Shown here piece after piece: positions 9,333-19,005 of a stretch of 64,000 nucleotides of DNA. Within the stretch, counting starts at the first letter, position 1; every line of letters starts with the position of its first letter. This stretch comes from Candidatus Latescibacterota bacterium (GTDB lineage: Bacteria > Latescibacterota > UBA2968 > UBA8231): NCBI GenBank assembly GCA_965261395.1, contig OZ253462.1, forward strand, positions 2,368,001 to 2,432,000. The letters are read 5' to 3'. The notes beneath the pieces were generated by a model. The model was not told the origin of the DNA, searched no databases, and was given only the letters and a program-made list of their open reading frames with translations. A program made the translations under genes and the position numbers.

Positions 9333-11126
9333 ATGAAACCGCTTTTAGTTGGTCTTTGCCTGTACCTAGGGTGCGATACAGCCCCGCCGCCCGTGCGCTT
9401 TAGGGATGTCACGGCCCAGGCCGGGATCGACTTTGTCCACGTTGATGGTGCCTCAGGGGCGTATTTCTTGATAGAGACGTACGGCGCTGGCGGAGGATTC
9501 TTCGACAGCGATGGCGACGGCGATTTGGATATCTACCTCGTCAATGGCTTTGATCTGGGCGATATCCAAACTACGCCCGTCAATCTCGACCACCGGCGGG
9601 GAGGGACCTATTGGGTTGAGCGGCCGGACCAAGTGAGGTCTGCAGAGCCGGGAGCCGTCGACATCGACTTCTCAATCCTAGCCGAGGCCAGCGGCCGGCG
9701 CGCTGCCAACGTATTGTACCGCAACAATGGCGACGGCTCGTTCTCCGACATCAGCCGGGAATCCGGGGTTGACGATACGGGCTATGGCATGGGCTGCGCG
9801 GCAGCCGACTACGACAACGACGGCGATCAGGATCTATACGTGACTAACTACGGTCCCAATGTCCTGTACCGCAACGAGGGGGACGGCACCTTCACCAATG
9901 TGACGGATCGGGCCGGGGTAGCGGCCCCGCAGTGGAGTTCGAGCGCGGCCTTTTTCGACTACGACGGCGACGGACACCTCGACCTGTACGTGGTCAACAA
10001 CGTCGATTTCACGTTCGCCACCAACAAAGTGTGCGGCGGCTTTGTGGGCACTACTCCTTTGGGGCTGCTGGCCATTACCGAGCGCACCCGATCTTATTGT
10101 GCGCCTTCCGACTATGGAGGCGTACCCGACGCGCTGTATCGCAACGACGGCGACGGCACCTTTACCGACATATCCGCCAAAACCGGCATTGCGGATTTGG
10201 CCGGCAAGGGTCTGGGCGTGGTGGCTTGGGACTTTGATGGCGACGGCGACCAGGACGTATTTGTCGCCAACGACGGCATGGAGAACTATCTGTATCGCAA
10301 CGATGGCGACGGCACCTTTACCGACGTCGCGCTGCAGGTAGGCGCGGCCTTTAACGCCGACGGCGACGACGAAGCCTGCATGGGGGTGGACTTTGGCGAC
10401 TACGACAACGACGGCGACTTCGATCTCTTTGTCACCAACTTCTCCCACGAGACCAACACGCTCTACCGCAACGAGGGCGGGCGCTTCAAAGATGTGACAG
10501 ACGCCGTTGGCTTGGGGCGGCCGAGTTGGCGCTTTTTGGGCTTTGGCACAAATTTCCTCGACTACGACAACGATGGCGACCTCGACCTGTACGTGGCCAA
10601 TGGCCATGTCCTCGACAAGATCGCCCTGTTCCAGTCCGGCGTGGAATACGCCCAAGAGCACCAGCTCTTTTGCAACGACGGAACGGGCCGCTTCGCCTTG
10701 GCGGACACCAACTCGGGCGCTTGGTTCGCCGTCGCACAGGTCGGTCGGGGCACGGCCTTTGGCGACTACGACGGGGATGGGGATATCGATATCTTGGCTA
10801 CCAATGGCGGCGGTGCGGCCAAACTGGTCCGCAATGAGGGAGGCAACGTGCACAACTGGTTGATGGTGCGGACCGAGGGCACCCACAGCAATCGGGACGG
10901 CGTGGGTGCCGAGGTGAAAGTGGTCGCCGGCGATCTGGTCCAGGTGCGGCAGGTGCGCAGCGGCTCCAGCTATCTGTCGATCAGCGATCCGCGACTGCAC
11001 TTCGGGCTGGGCACCAAGAAGCGCGTCGATTTGGTCGAAGTGCACTGGACCAGTGGAATGATCCAGCGAATCGAGGATATCCCCGTCAATCAAGTTCTGT
11101 CGATCAAAGAGAGGCGGGGGCTTTGA
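9333..11126 (+). CDS. CRTAC1/ASPIC-UnbV family protein with FG-GAP repeats
   Basis: Start ATG 9333 gives signal MKPLLVGLCLYLGC (ORF is open from 9300); repeated DYDNDGDxDL; C-terminal SNRDGVGA...SYLS...RLHFGLG. Confidence 0.88.
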   Translation: MKPLLVGLCLYLGCDTAPPPVRFRDVTAQAGIDFVHVDGASGAYFLIETYGAGGGFFDSDGDGDLDIYLVNGFDLGDIQTTPVNLDHRRGGTYWVERPDQVRSAEPGAVDIDFSILAEASGRRAANVLYRNNGDGSFSDISRESGVDDTGYGMGCAAADYDNDGDQDLYVTNYGPNVLYRNEGDGTFTNVTDRAGVAAPQWSSSAAFFDYDGDGHLDLYVVNNVDFTFATNKVCGGFVGTTPLGLLAITERTRSYCAPSDYGGVPDALYRNDGDGTFTDISAKTGIADLAGKGLGVVAWDFDGDGDQDVFVANDGMENYLYRNDGDGTFTDVALQVGAAFNADGDDEACMGVDFGDYDNDGDFDLFVTNFSHETNTLYRNEGGRFKDVTDAVGLGRPSWRFLGFGTNFLDYDNDGDLDLYVANGHVLDKIALFQSGVEYAQEHQLFCNDGTGRFALADTNSGAWFAVAQVGRGTAFGDYDGDGDIDILATNGGGAAKLVRNEGGNVHNWLMVRTEGTHSNRDGVGAEVKVVAGDLVQVRQVRSGSSYLSISDPRLHFGLGTKKRVDLVEVHWTSGMIQRIEDIPVNQVLSIKERRGL

Positions 11127-13090
11127 ATACAGCGGCCCAGGGACGAATGCAGACACAACCTCAATCCTCGGGTTTGACGGTGAAGGCTGTGATTTGGGGG
11201 TGCGCATTGTCGCTGGCCACCAGCGTGGGGGCCTTGTACAGTACCTTCATCAACGCCTCGTGGATGGCTCTTAACATCAGTGCGCCCATTGCCTTGTTCG
11301 TCTTTTTCCTCTTTGCAGCCTTCCTCCACCCCTTGCTCTCCCGACTTTACCACCGGCTGGGTTTAAGCCGAGCAGAGCTAGGGGTGGTATTCATCATGAC
11401 GATGATGGCGGCCACCGTGCCGACGGAAGGGTACGTCGAGCACATGGTCCCCAAGATCGCCAGCGTGTTGTACTACGCCACGCCAGAAAACGAGTGGGCC
11501 GAGCTGATCCATCCGCACCTCAAAGAGTGGATCGCGCCCCAGGACGAGGAGGCCGTGCGCCATTTTTTTGAGGGCCTGCCGCTGGGCGAGCCCATTCCCT
11601 GGGGGGTATGGATACAACCGCTGGGTTATTGGGGGTTTTTCTTTTTGGTGCTGTGTTTCGTGATGCTGTGCATGATGGTGGTGTTGCGCCGGCAGTGGGT
11701 CGAGCACGAACGCTTGGTCTATCCGCTGGTGAAACTGCCGTTGGAGATGCTTGCGGAGGGGGAGGATAAAAGATTTTTTGGGCCTTTTTTTCGGCGTCCG
11801 CTGATGTGGCTGGGTTTTTCGCTGCCGTTCGTCGTTTTGAGCCTGAACGCCCTACATAGCTACTACAATTACATTCCCTCAATCGCCTTGGAGACCAGTC
11901 TGCCTCTCTTTCGCAATACCTTAGTCTTACCCATCGGCCTCAGTTTTATGAGCCTGGGCTTCGCCTATTTCGTCAATTTACAGGTACTCCTCGGAATCTG
12001 GTTTTTCTTTTTGCTGCTGACGGTGCAGCAGGGCGTTTTTGGGATTCTGGGAATTGCTATGACCGAGCGGCTGACCGGCTATAGCACGTCGAGCGCGATC
12101 CCGGCGCACGAGGGCATGGGGGCACTGATCGCCTTTGTGCTCTTCAGCCTGTGGGTGGCCCGAGACCATTTGCAGGCCGTGTGTCGCAAGGCCTTTCGGG
12201 GCGATCCAACCGTGGACGACTCCGCGGAGATGCTCTCGTATCGCACGGCCGTGTTCGGCATTCTGTTCGGTATGGCAGTGCTGGGCGTGTGGCTCGAGCA
12301 ATCCGGGCTGCCGGGCTGGCTGGTATTTTGGTTTTTATTTGTGGCCTTCGTGCTCTTTGTGGGATTAACTCGCTTTGTCGCCGAAGCCGGTTTAGCGACC
12401 ATTCGCGCCCCCATTTATCCCCAGCCGCTCATGACTTCAACTGTGGGGACCACGGCGATTGGGTCGGAGGGTTTAGTCGCCTTGGGAATGACGTACGGCT
12501 GGATTTTGAAGGTGCGCATATTCGCCATGGCTGCGTGCGCCAATGTGCTGAAGATCGACGGAGAAATCCACGGTGGGGGACTGGATCGGCGTCGGCTATT
12601 TTGGGCTTTGGCTCTGGCGTTGGTGGTCAGTCTACTGGCATCGAACTGGTTTTTATTGCACCAAGCCTACACCTACGGCGGCATCAACCTCAATCAGTAC
12701 TTTTTTGTGCGGGCCCAAAATCCCTTCGGGGACGTGGCCGGCTGGATCGACAATCCGACGGCCGTGAACTGGGAAGGGTGGTTTTACATACTGGTGGGCG
12801 CGATAGTCATGGTGGCGCTAATGGTGGCGCGGCACTTCTTGTTGTGGTGGCCGCTGCACCCGGTCGGCTTGCCCATTGCCACGACGGCCGTGGCCAGCCA
12901 GATCTGGTTGAGTATTTTCTTGGTGTGGGCACTCAAGAATTTGGTGTTGAAGTACGGGGGGCCGAGTCTGTACCAGCGGCTCCAGCCGTTTTTCCTAGGG
13001 TTGATCTTGGGCAATGTAACTGCGGGTGGGCTCTGGTTTGCGATTGATGGCATCACCGGCATGCAGGGCAATATTCTGGTCTATTATTGA
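11123..13090 (+). CDS. DUF6785/DUF6784-like polytopic membrane protein, paralog 2
   Basis: Colinear with paralog 1 with long identical stretches (MMAATVPTEGYVEHMVPKIASV, AHEGMGALIAFVLFSLWV); start overlaps the upstream stop. Confidence 0.82.
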   Translation: MNTAAQGRMQTQPQSSGLTVKAVIWGCALSLATSVGALYSTFINASWMALNISAPIALFVFFLFAAFLHPLLSRLYHRLGLSRAELGVVFIMTMMAATVPTEGYVEHMVPKIASVLYYATPENEWAELIHPHLKEWIAPQDEEAVRHFFEGLPLGEPIPWGVWIQPLGYWGFFFLVLCFVMLCMMVVLRRQWVEHERLVYPLVKLPLEMLAEGEDKRFFGPFFRRPLMWLGFSLPFVVLSLNALHSYYNYIPSIALETSLPLFRNTLVLPIGLSFMSLGFAYFVNLQVLLGIWFFFLLLTVQQGVFGILGIAMTERLTGYSTSSAIPAHEGMGALIAFVLFSLWVARDHLQAVCRKAFRGDPTVDDSAEMLSYRTAVFGILFGMAVLGVWLEQSGLPGWLVFWFLFVAFVLFVGLTRFVAEAGLATIRAPIYPQPLMTSTVGTTAIGSEGLVALGMTYGWILKVRIFAMAACANVLKIDGEIHGGGLDRRRLFWALALALVVSLLASNWFLLHQAYTYGGINLNQYFFVRAQNPFGDVAGWIDNPTAVNWEGWFYILVGAIVMVALMVARHFLLWWPLHPVGLPIATTAVASQIWLSIFLVWALKNLVLKYGGPSLYQRLQPFFLGLILGNVTAGGLWFAIDGITGMQGNILVYY

Positions 13091-13130
13091 ATGCCGTTTA
13101 GGGAGTCCGGGGCGCGCTACCACAAATGTT

Positions 13131-13182
13131 CGGGGGCCATCCGCAGGCTGTTGCAAGCCTTACCGGATGGCCCCCGTTTCTT
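13131..13182 (+). terminator. Intrinsic terminator hairpin between convergent genes
   Basis: Perfect 13-bp stem CGGGGGCCATCCG (13131-13143)/CGGATGGCCCCCG (13164-13176), inner AGGCT/AGCCT, followed by TTTCTT. Confidence 0.75.
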
Positions 13183-13224
13183 ATCGCTCTGTGTCGTTAA
13201 GTGCGTTTGGTGCCGCGATCGCGT

Positions 13225-13794
13225 TTAAAAACGATTTTTGAGCTGTCCCCAGGATTGTCCTGCAACTGCTGTAGAAGCGGGTTCCGGATAGAAGCCAGAT
13301 CCCAAGAGGAAATCTTGGCCGAGAGCGCTATAGGGAATGGCGTAGCTCACTTTAGGCGAGCCAGTTTCTTCGTCCCTTTCTACCGCTGGATTGTCCCAAA
13401 GATACTCGACGTAGCCGCCTCCTTCGGCCGCCGCTGCGATGAGCCCCTGTGTGATTTTGACTCCGTTAGAGTCTTCGAGATCAATCAAGTTTTGGCCCTC
13501 GAGGGCTGGATTAGCCGCGTGAAAGACTACGATACCATCAATGGCAATAACAAAGAGGTAGATGGATCCCTGCTTCCAAGTACCTTCGGCTCTGAATTCC
13601 CCCAAGAGAGCTATGTACTGGGGAAGGGTCGTAGCTTTATTCGCGTAGTCCTTTGCCGCGAGTACAAAGGCCTTCAGGGTTTCCCGGTCCACCACATCAG
13701 CGGCTGTTACCTCGGGGTCTTGGGCGACGGCGGGATGCACGGCGGGCAAGAGGGTGGCCAGCGCCAGCATGAGTACTGCTGTTAGACGCTTCAT
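13225..13794 (-). CDS. Secreted stand-alone single Cache-domain protein with C-terminal SWGQLK tail, copy 1
   Basis: Signal peptide; sCache_2-like motifs YLFV, FHAANPALEGQNLIDLEDSNG, GGGYVEYLWDNP, KVSY, GSGFY. Confidence 0.8.
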   Translation of the reverse strand: MKRLTAVLMLALATLLPAVHPAVAQDPEVTAADVVDRETLKAFVLAAKDYANKATTLPQYIALLGEFRAEGTWKQGSIYLFVIAIDGIVVFHAANPALEGQNLIDLEDSNGVKITQGLIAAAAEGGGYVEYLWDNPAVERDEETGSPKVSYAIPYSALGQDFLLGSGFYPEPASTAVAGQSWGQLKNRF

Positions 13795-13880
13795 GATGAT
13801 CTCCTTTCTTATTTAAGTATGAATGACATGGGATAAGATACGCCCGACTCTGCAAAAAATCTATCAGCCAAGCCCACCTG
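13225..13880. repeat. Direct repeat copy A1 (Cache gene plus upstream region)
   Basis: Aligns with 15501-16150, including non-coding upstream GGATAA..AT..GCCC and CAAAAAATCTAT.AG.CAAGCCC.CCT. Confidence 0.85.
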
Positions 13881-13907
13881 CAAAAGCGCGTGTTCCCCCC
13901 AATGCGG

Positions 13908-15440
13908 CTACCCCTTGATAATTATCCCCGATTGTCTGCTTTTCGACGACGGCACCTTCCCAGACGCTACCTCCTCAATGCGGGCGATCACGCCCTCGAC
14001 ATCAAAGACATGGTTAACGCGGCCGTCCATCCGGCCGTCTGGACCCACCAAGAAATAGGAGGGTATGCCCCGGACCTGGTACAACTGAGCCACCGCCGCC
14101 TGCCAGCCGCCTGGGGAGCGGACGTGGACGCCGGTCAGGCCGTGCTCATCGACCGCTTGGTGCCACTCGTCGGCGGGGTCCAAAGAAATGTTCAAAAAGA
14201 CCACCTTCTGATCTCGGGTCCGCTGTTTGATTTTTTCCAGAAAGGGTAATGCCTCGATGCACGGGCCGCACCAACTCGCCCAAAAGTCTAGGAAAACCGC
14301 CTGACCTTTGAAATCGCTCAAGGAGATGCTTTGGCCCTCGAGATCGTCGAGGGTGAAGTCGGGGGCGGGCTGGCCGGGTTTGAACTTGGATGTTTCTCGT
14401 ACTACTTCTTCGACGACCTCGGTGTATTCGGGATAGGGGTTGTCCTGGAGGAATTCGGCTAGGCGTTGTTCACCTTGGTCAAAACGGCCCTGTTGGAAGT
14501 CGTCGATGATTTCACCAGCGAGAAAAAAGTACAGGACTTTGCCGTGCAAGAGCCGCTTGGCCAAGTGGTAGACAATGTTGTGGGGTTGGATTAAGTCTCC
14601 TCGGCGTTGCTCTTCGTCCAACCGTACAATGAAGTCTGGCAGGTAGGTGATGGTGTGAGGTTGGATAAAGGCTCGGCGTTGCTCCTCGGATAGTTGCTCC
14701 CGGAAGGCTCTCGTCTCGGCTTCCTCTTCTATACGCCAGAAATTGCGTTCCAGAAATCTGCGGTAATGGGTGGTGCCGATAGCCGCTTCGTCAACCAATT
14801 CGACTTGATCGAGGGCATCGTGATAGTCCGCGGGGAGGTCCTCGTTTCTGCTTCCATTGGCGAACATGTAGTCAGTGGGATAGGAGACTATGAAATTGGC
14901 CCATTCATAGGCGATTTCAGCGCGATAGTAATCGACGAAAGCCGGCGTGAGTTGGTACTGGCTGCAGCCTTCGTCCAAAAAGGACTCCAATTCCAAACGC
15001 CGTTGATCGATCATTTTGAGAAAGGTATCGACCTCTAGGTCTTTGTAGTCGATGCGCAGGTAATCGGAGAAGCGAGATCGCAGAGTAGCTAGGAACTGGT
15101 TGTTGGCTGCCCCCTGGCCGGAGAAGCGGAGGGACTGAGGGAGGTCGAGCAAGTCCGCGTCAAGGTGCAACTGATCGCCCGGTTCCAAGAAGAGCTTGAC
15201 CTCATCGTCGAGATCGACCGAAACCATTTGCGCTTCAGTAAACGGCAGTTCCACCGCGAGGCCGCCCTTTTCGTCAAGCGGAGCTTCGATGGTAACGGGC
15301 TTATGGTAAATGGGCGTTTGCTGGTACTCGAAGGTGATGCTGCGCCGTTCCAACGCATTGGCTAGCGTGGCGGTGACGCGGGTGGAAAGCGGTGACATGC
15401 TTTTCAGCGAAGCTTCTCGTTGTTCCTCTGATTGTCCCAT
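13908..15440 (-). CDS. TlpA/ResA-like thiol-disulfide reductase with N-terminal extension
   Basis: PAPDFTLDDLEGQSISLSDFKGQAVFLDFWASWCGPC thioredoxin fold at the C-terminus. Confidence 0.87.
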   Translation of the reverse strand: MGQSEEQREASLKSMSPLSTRVTATLANALERRSITFEYQQTPIYHKPVTIEAPLDEKGGLAVELPFTEAQMVSVDLDDEVKLFLEPGDQLHLDADLLDLPQSLRFSGQGAANNQFLATLRSRFSDYLRIDYKDLEVDTFLKMIDQRRLELESFLDEGCSQYQLTPAFVDYYRAEIAYEWANFIVSYPTDYMFANGSRNEDLPADYHDALDQVELVDEAAIGTTHYRRFLERNFWRIEEEAETRAFREQLSEEQRRAFIQPHTITYLPDFIVRLDEEQRRGDLIQPHNIVYHLAKRLLHGKVLYFFLAGEIIDDFQQGRFDQGEQRLAEFLQDNPYPEYTEVVEEVVRETSKFKPGQPAPDFTLDDLEGQSISLSDFKGQAVFLDFWASWCGPCIEALPFLEKIKQRTRDQKVVFLNISLDPADEWHQAVDEHGLTGVHVRSPGGWQAAVAQLYQVRGIPSYFLVGPDGRMDGRVNHVFDVEGVIARIEEVASGKVPSSKSRQSGIIIKG

Positions 15441-15500
15441 CCCACCTTTCTATTCGTCGGGCCTCATAAACAGTGCTGCGATTGCCTGTGTCCCTGCTGT

Positions 15501-16061
15501 CTAAAAGCGACTTTTGAGCTGTCCCCAGGACTGTCCTGCAACCGCCGTAGAAGCGGATCCCGGATAAAAGCCAGAGCCCAAGACGAAATTCTGGCCGAGG
15601 GCGGTATATGGGATGGCGTAGCTCACCTTAAGCGAGCCGGCGTCTTCGTCCCCTTCTACCGCTGGATCGTCCCAAAGATACTCGACGTAGCCTCCTCCCG
15701 CGGCCGCCGTAGCGAGGATCTCCTGTGTAATTTTGACTCCATTGGAGTCTTCGAGATCAATCAAGTTTTGGCCCTCGAGGTCTGGATTAGCCGCGTGAAA
15801 GACTACGATACCATCAGTGGTTCCGACAAAGAGGTAGATGGATCCCTGCTTCCAATCCCCGTCGGCCCTGAAGCTTTCCAAGGCACCTAAGTAATCGGGA
15901 AGGCTTTCAAAGCGATCCAAGTACTCTTTCGCCTCTAGTACAAAGGCTTTCAGGGATTCCCGATCCACCACGTCGCCGGCCGTTACTTTCACGTCGTCCT
16001 GAGCAACGGCGGGAAAGAGGCTGGCCAGCACTAGAATGAGTACTGCTGTCAGACGCTTCAC
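15501..16061 (-). CDS. Secreted stand-alone single Cache-domain protein with SWGQLK tail, copy 2
   Basis: GTG start with GGAGA RBS; near-identical C-terminal two thirds to copy 1. Confidence 0.8.
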   Translation of the reverse strand: MKRLTAVLILVLASLFPAVAQDDVKVTAGDVVDRESLKAFVLEAKEYLDRFESLPDYLGALESFRADGDWKQGSIYLFVGTTDGIVVFHAANPDLEGQNLIDLEDSNGVKITQEILATAAAGGGYVEYLWDDPAVEGDEDAGSLKVSYAIPYTALGQNFVLGSGFYPGSASTAVAGQSWGQLKSRF

Positions 16062-16150
16062 GATGGTCTCCTCTATCGTTGAGGATGTGAATCATATCGG
16101 ATAAAATATGCCCAATCCCCCAAAAAATCTATTAGACAAGCCCGCCTTGT
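15501..16150. repeat. Direct repeat copy A2 (Cache gene plus upstream region)
   Basis: Diverged copy of 13225-13880. Confidence 0.85.
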
Positions 16151-16194
16151 CCGCCGCTTCACCGCCCCCAAACCACCGCTGGTGCCAGCGCGTA

Positions 16195-17640
16195 TCACGG
16201 CCGATCCTGACTGGCCACGTATTGAGATAGGAGGGTGAGATTGCGGTTGAAGGTGCGGCAGGAGATGACTTGGGCGACGATGGGCGCATGGCGGTCTGCG
16301 GGGTTGCGCAGGCGGCCTTCTTCTAGCCAGCGGCCCTCTGAGTCGAGGGCGTCGATAACGGCTTTGATCCGTTCTGCAGCGACCGGGCGCACTTGGGCGC
16401 GTTCGGCTAGGATGGCTTCGCGGCCTTCGGCGCGGATGCGTTGGTGCAGGCTTTCAATGCGATCAGTGGGGTTGCCCACTTTAAAGGCATAGTGCGTCGG
16501 CAGGTCCGCATCGCTGTAGGTGAGCACGTATTCGCTGGTAAAGTAGAGCGGCCGGTTGGTCCTCAGTTCGTAGAACCGGGCCATGCGTCCATCGGGCAAT
16601 TGCGCTGCTTTAGCCCAGGCCAAGGCGCGGGGAATAGGTTCGAGAAAGCGCGGCTCGCCGTATGCGAGATAGAGTTCCAACAGGATTTGCATCACGCCAA
16701 AACTCTCGCCGCCGGTGATGGCGGGCGGTTCAAATTTGCGCGCCCAAGCCGGCTCCATCGCCAAATTGTATTGCTGCGCCCAAGCCGGTTGCGGGTCGGG
16801 CATCTGGGCTAGGATAATGAAGTCGCCGCCTCGTTCGGCCGCGCGGCGCCAGCGCTCGTCGCCATAGATTTGGTGCGCTTCGATCATGGTTTCAATGACG
16901 TCGGCGATGGTGTTGTCGTTAAAGGTGTAGTACGCGAGGTAGCGCTCTTTGGGGTACTGGCGAGACCAACTCGCCGGATAGCGCGCCTTTTTGACGGGGA
17001 ATTGGTTGGGATCGGCCCATTCGCTGTAGCGCTGGGGCCAAGCACCGTTGGGGTATTGGGCTTTGAGCAAGGACTCCAGTCCGTAGAGGACGGCGCGGTG
17101 GAGGTCCGCGTCGGCAAAATCGAGGTGCTGATCGACCTGCATGAGCAAGCGCAGGGCGCTTTGCGTATTGTCGTCGTCCAAGGTGGTGCGGTTGCGGCGT
17201 TCACCGGTTGTTCGGTCGCCCTGTTCGACATCGCGTCGGTAATGCCAGTTTTTGCTCTCCTCTGGGTCAAAGTCGATCCGGTAATCCCAACCGCCCGAAG
17301 CCAGTTGCCCCCAGACCAAGGCTTGTGCCGCCTCGACCGCGCCGTTGAGGAAGAGGGTGTCGCCGGTGGCTTCGTAGGCTTGGAGGAACGCCATGCCTAC
17401 CGACGGGGTGCCCGGGGGCTGTACCCAGATGGTGGTCGGCGACGCAATCCCTTCCCCTTCGCGCCGGGTAAAATCGCTTTGGTAGAGCCAGAGATACCCG
17501 CCGTTGGTGGCCACTTGGCCGCGAAAGTAGCGCGTCGCTTTGACCATGGTCTCCACGGCTGCTTGGTGCAAAGCCTCGTCGCTGTGGAGCGGCGTGCTGT
17601 ATAGCACTAGGAGAAATAGAGAGACGATTTTGTGCATCAT
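16195..17640 (-). CDS. Pectate lyase-like protein, polysaccharide lyase family 10 (PelA/Pel-15E type)
   Basis: Signal peptide (MMHKIV); AQYPNGAWPQ, YTFNDN, PAWAQQY, ARKFEP motifs. Confidence 0.78.
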   Translation of the reverse strand: MMHKIVSLFLLVLYSTPLHSDEALHQAAVETMVKATRYFRGQVATNGGYLWLYQSDFTRREGEGIASPTTIWVQPPGTPSVGMAFLQAYEATGDTLFLNGAVEAAQALVWGQLASGGWDYRIDFDPEESKNWHYRRDVEQGDRTTGERRNRTTLDDDNTQSALRLLMQVDQHLDFADADLHRAVLYGLESLLKAQYPNGAWPQRYSEWADPNQFPVKKARYPASWSRQYPKERYLAYYTFNDNTIADVIETMIEAHQIYGDERWRRAAERGGDFIILAQMPDPQPAWAQQYNLAMEPAWARKFEPPAITGGESFGVMQILLELYLAYGEPRFLEPIPRALAWAKAAQLPDGRMARFYELRTNRPLYFTSEYVLTYSDADLPTHYAFKVGNPTDRIESLHQRIRAEGREAILAERAQVRPVAAERIKAVIDALDSEGRWLEEGRLRNPADRHAPIVAQVISCRTFNRNLTLLSQYVASQDRP

Positions 17641-17723
17641 ATTGCCTTTGCGGTTTGTCAATCTGATATATCTACGTTAGCGAAATGGTCCGCCTCTGCA
17701 AAATTTCTAGGAGTTAAAATTCG

Positions 17724-17753
17724 TTGACAATCTAATAAGGCCAAACGTAGCTT
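17724..17753 (+). promoter_or_regulatory. Sigma70-like promoter for the 17805 gene
   Basis: TTGACA-18 nt-TAGCTT in an AT-rich divergent intergenic region. Confidence 0.5.
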
Positions 17754-17804
17754 AACCCCGACAACAGGGCTAACCTTCCCATCCGCCGAAAGAGGGGGTG
17801 CAAA

Positions 17805-18983
17805 ATGACTACCGATCAATCTCCGGCTCAGGAGACCTACCGCGCCACAGCTTTTGCCGACTCCAAGCCCGAACTCGCCGCTCCCGGGGCCACGCCCGAG
17901 CGATTGGCCCACTTGCGAGAGCATGGTTTTGTCATCATCACCGACTTTGTCGATAACCCGTGGATACCCGTGCTCCGCGAGGCTGGCCGCCGCGTCACCG
18001 AAGCGTGCGCGCCCGAGCATGGCTACAGCAAGATCGACTGCTCAAAGGGCTACGTGCATCGCGCCGGCGGCAATGAGCCGTGGGCGATTCGGGGCCTCGT
18101 CCATCCCGCCTTTGAGGAGCCTTGCTTTGCCGAGTTCCACAGCTCGGATGATTTCCTGAATTTCGTCGCCTCGTGGTGCGATGGGCTTGGGCCTGAAGAT
18201 ATGTCGCTGAGTGGTCTGCTGCTGTGGTGCAATCCCCGGCAGCACGAGAATGGCCCCAGTTGGCACCGCGACGTGACGTGGTGGGGGACGGGCAAGCCCT
18301 ATTTTTCGCAGCGGGACGACCGAGGGGAAGGCACGGAGGATTATTCCGAGGAGGTCGAAAAAGTCCGCTGGGAAGAAATCCGCGCCAGTAACGCCAAGGC
18401 GCTCACCGAGCGAAACGGCGTGAGCATGTTCCTAGCGCTGGTTGACGACGAGTGCCACGAACTCATCCCCGGCACCCACCATCGCTGGCGCACGCCGTTT
18501 GAGCACGACGTGCTCCTGCCGCAAGCGATGAAGGATCAAGGGGTGCCGTACACGCCTAGTTGGAACAGGAAGGACCCGCTGCCGAACCAAGTGTCGATCC
18601 GGCTCAAGCCCGGGGAAGCGCTCATCCGCAATGGGACCACGATCCACACCGGGCACACCGTCCCCGAGCGCGAGCGCAACACCTTGTCCATTGGCTGGTC
18701 GAAGTGGTCGGGTCCGTTCACCGGGGATCCGGCGGTGGCGGACGCGCGCAGTGCGTGGCAACTCGATCCCGCGGTGCGAGAGGCGTTGCCGCACGAGTGG
18801 ATGAAGACCGCGTGGGACCGTTGGGCCGAGACCCAGAAGTTAGGGGATACGCTTGAGGATCGGTACGCGGGGTTTGATGTCCAGCGCATCAAGGCGGGGG
18901 AGGTCGTGGGTTGGCGCAGCGAACTGGAGCGCCAAGCGGCTACCGCCGGCGAAGCGTGGGAGCGGTTTCAAACGGTGGTGTGA
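17805..18983 (+). CDS. Phytanoyl-CoA dioxygenase (PhyH)-like Fe(II)/2OG enzyme
   Basis: LREHGFVII, WHRD, LIPGTH, LKPGEALIRNGTTIHTG. Confidence 0.75.
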   Translation: MTTDQSPAQETYRATAFADSKPELAAPGATPERLAHLREHGFVIITDFVDNPWIPVLREAGRRVTEACAPEHGYSKIDCSKGYVHRAGGNEPWAIRGLVHPAFEEPCFAEFHSSDDFLNFVASWCDGLGPEDMSLSGLLLWCNPRQHENGPSWHRDVTWWGTGKPYFSQRDDRGEGTEDYSEEVEKVRWEEIRASNAKALTERNGVSMFLALVDDECHELIPGTHHRWRTPFEHDVLLPQAMKDQGVPYTPSWNRKDPLPNQVSIRLKPGEALIRNGTTIHTGHTVPERERNTLSIGWSKWSGPFTGDPAVADARSAWQLDPAVREALPHEWMKTAWDRWAETQKLGDTLEDRYAGFDVQRIKAGEVVGWRSELERQAATAGEAWERFQTVV

Positions 18984-19005
18984 AGTGCGATCCGACGCGT
19001 CTAGA

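Noticed and set aside
9834-11207. 457-aa antisense ORF over the CRTAC1 gene
   Set aside because: Val-rich mirror of the Asp-rich FG-GAP repeats; not a plausible protein.
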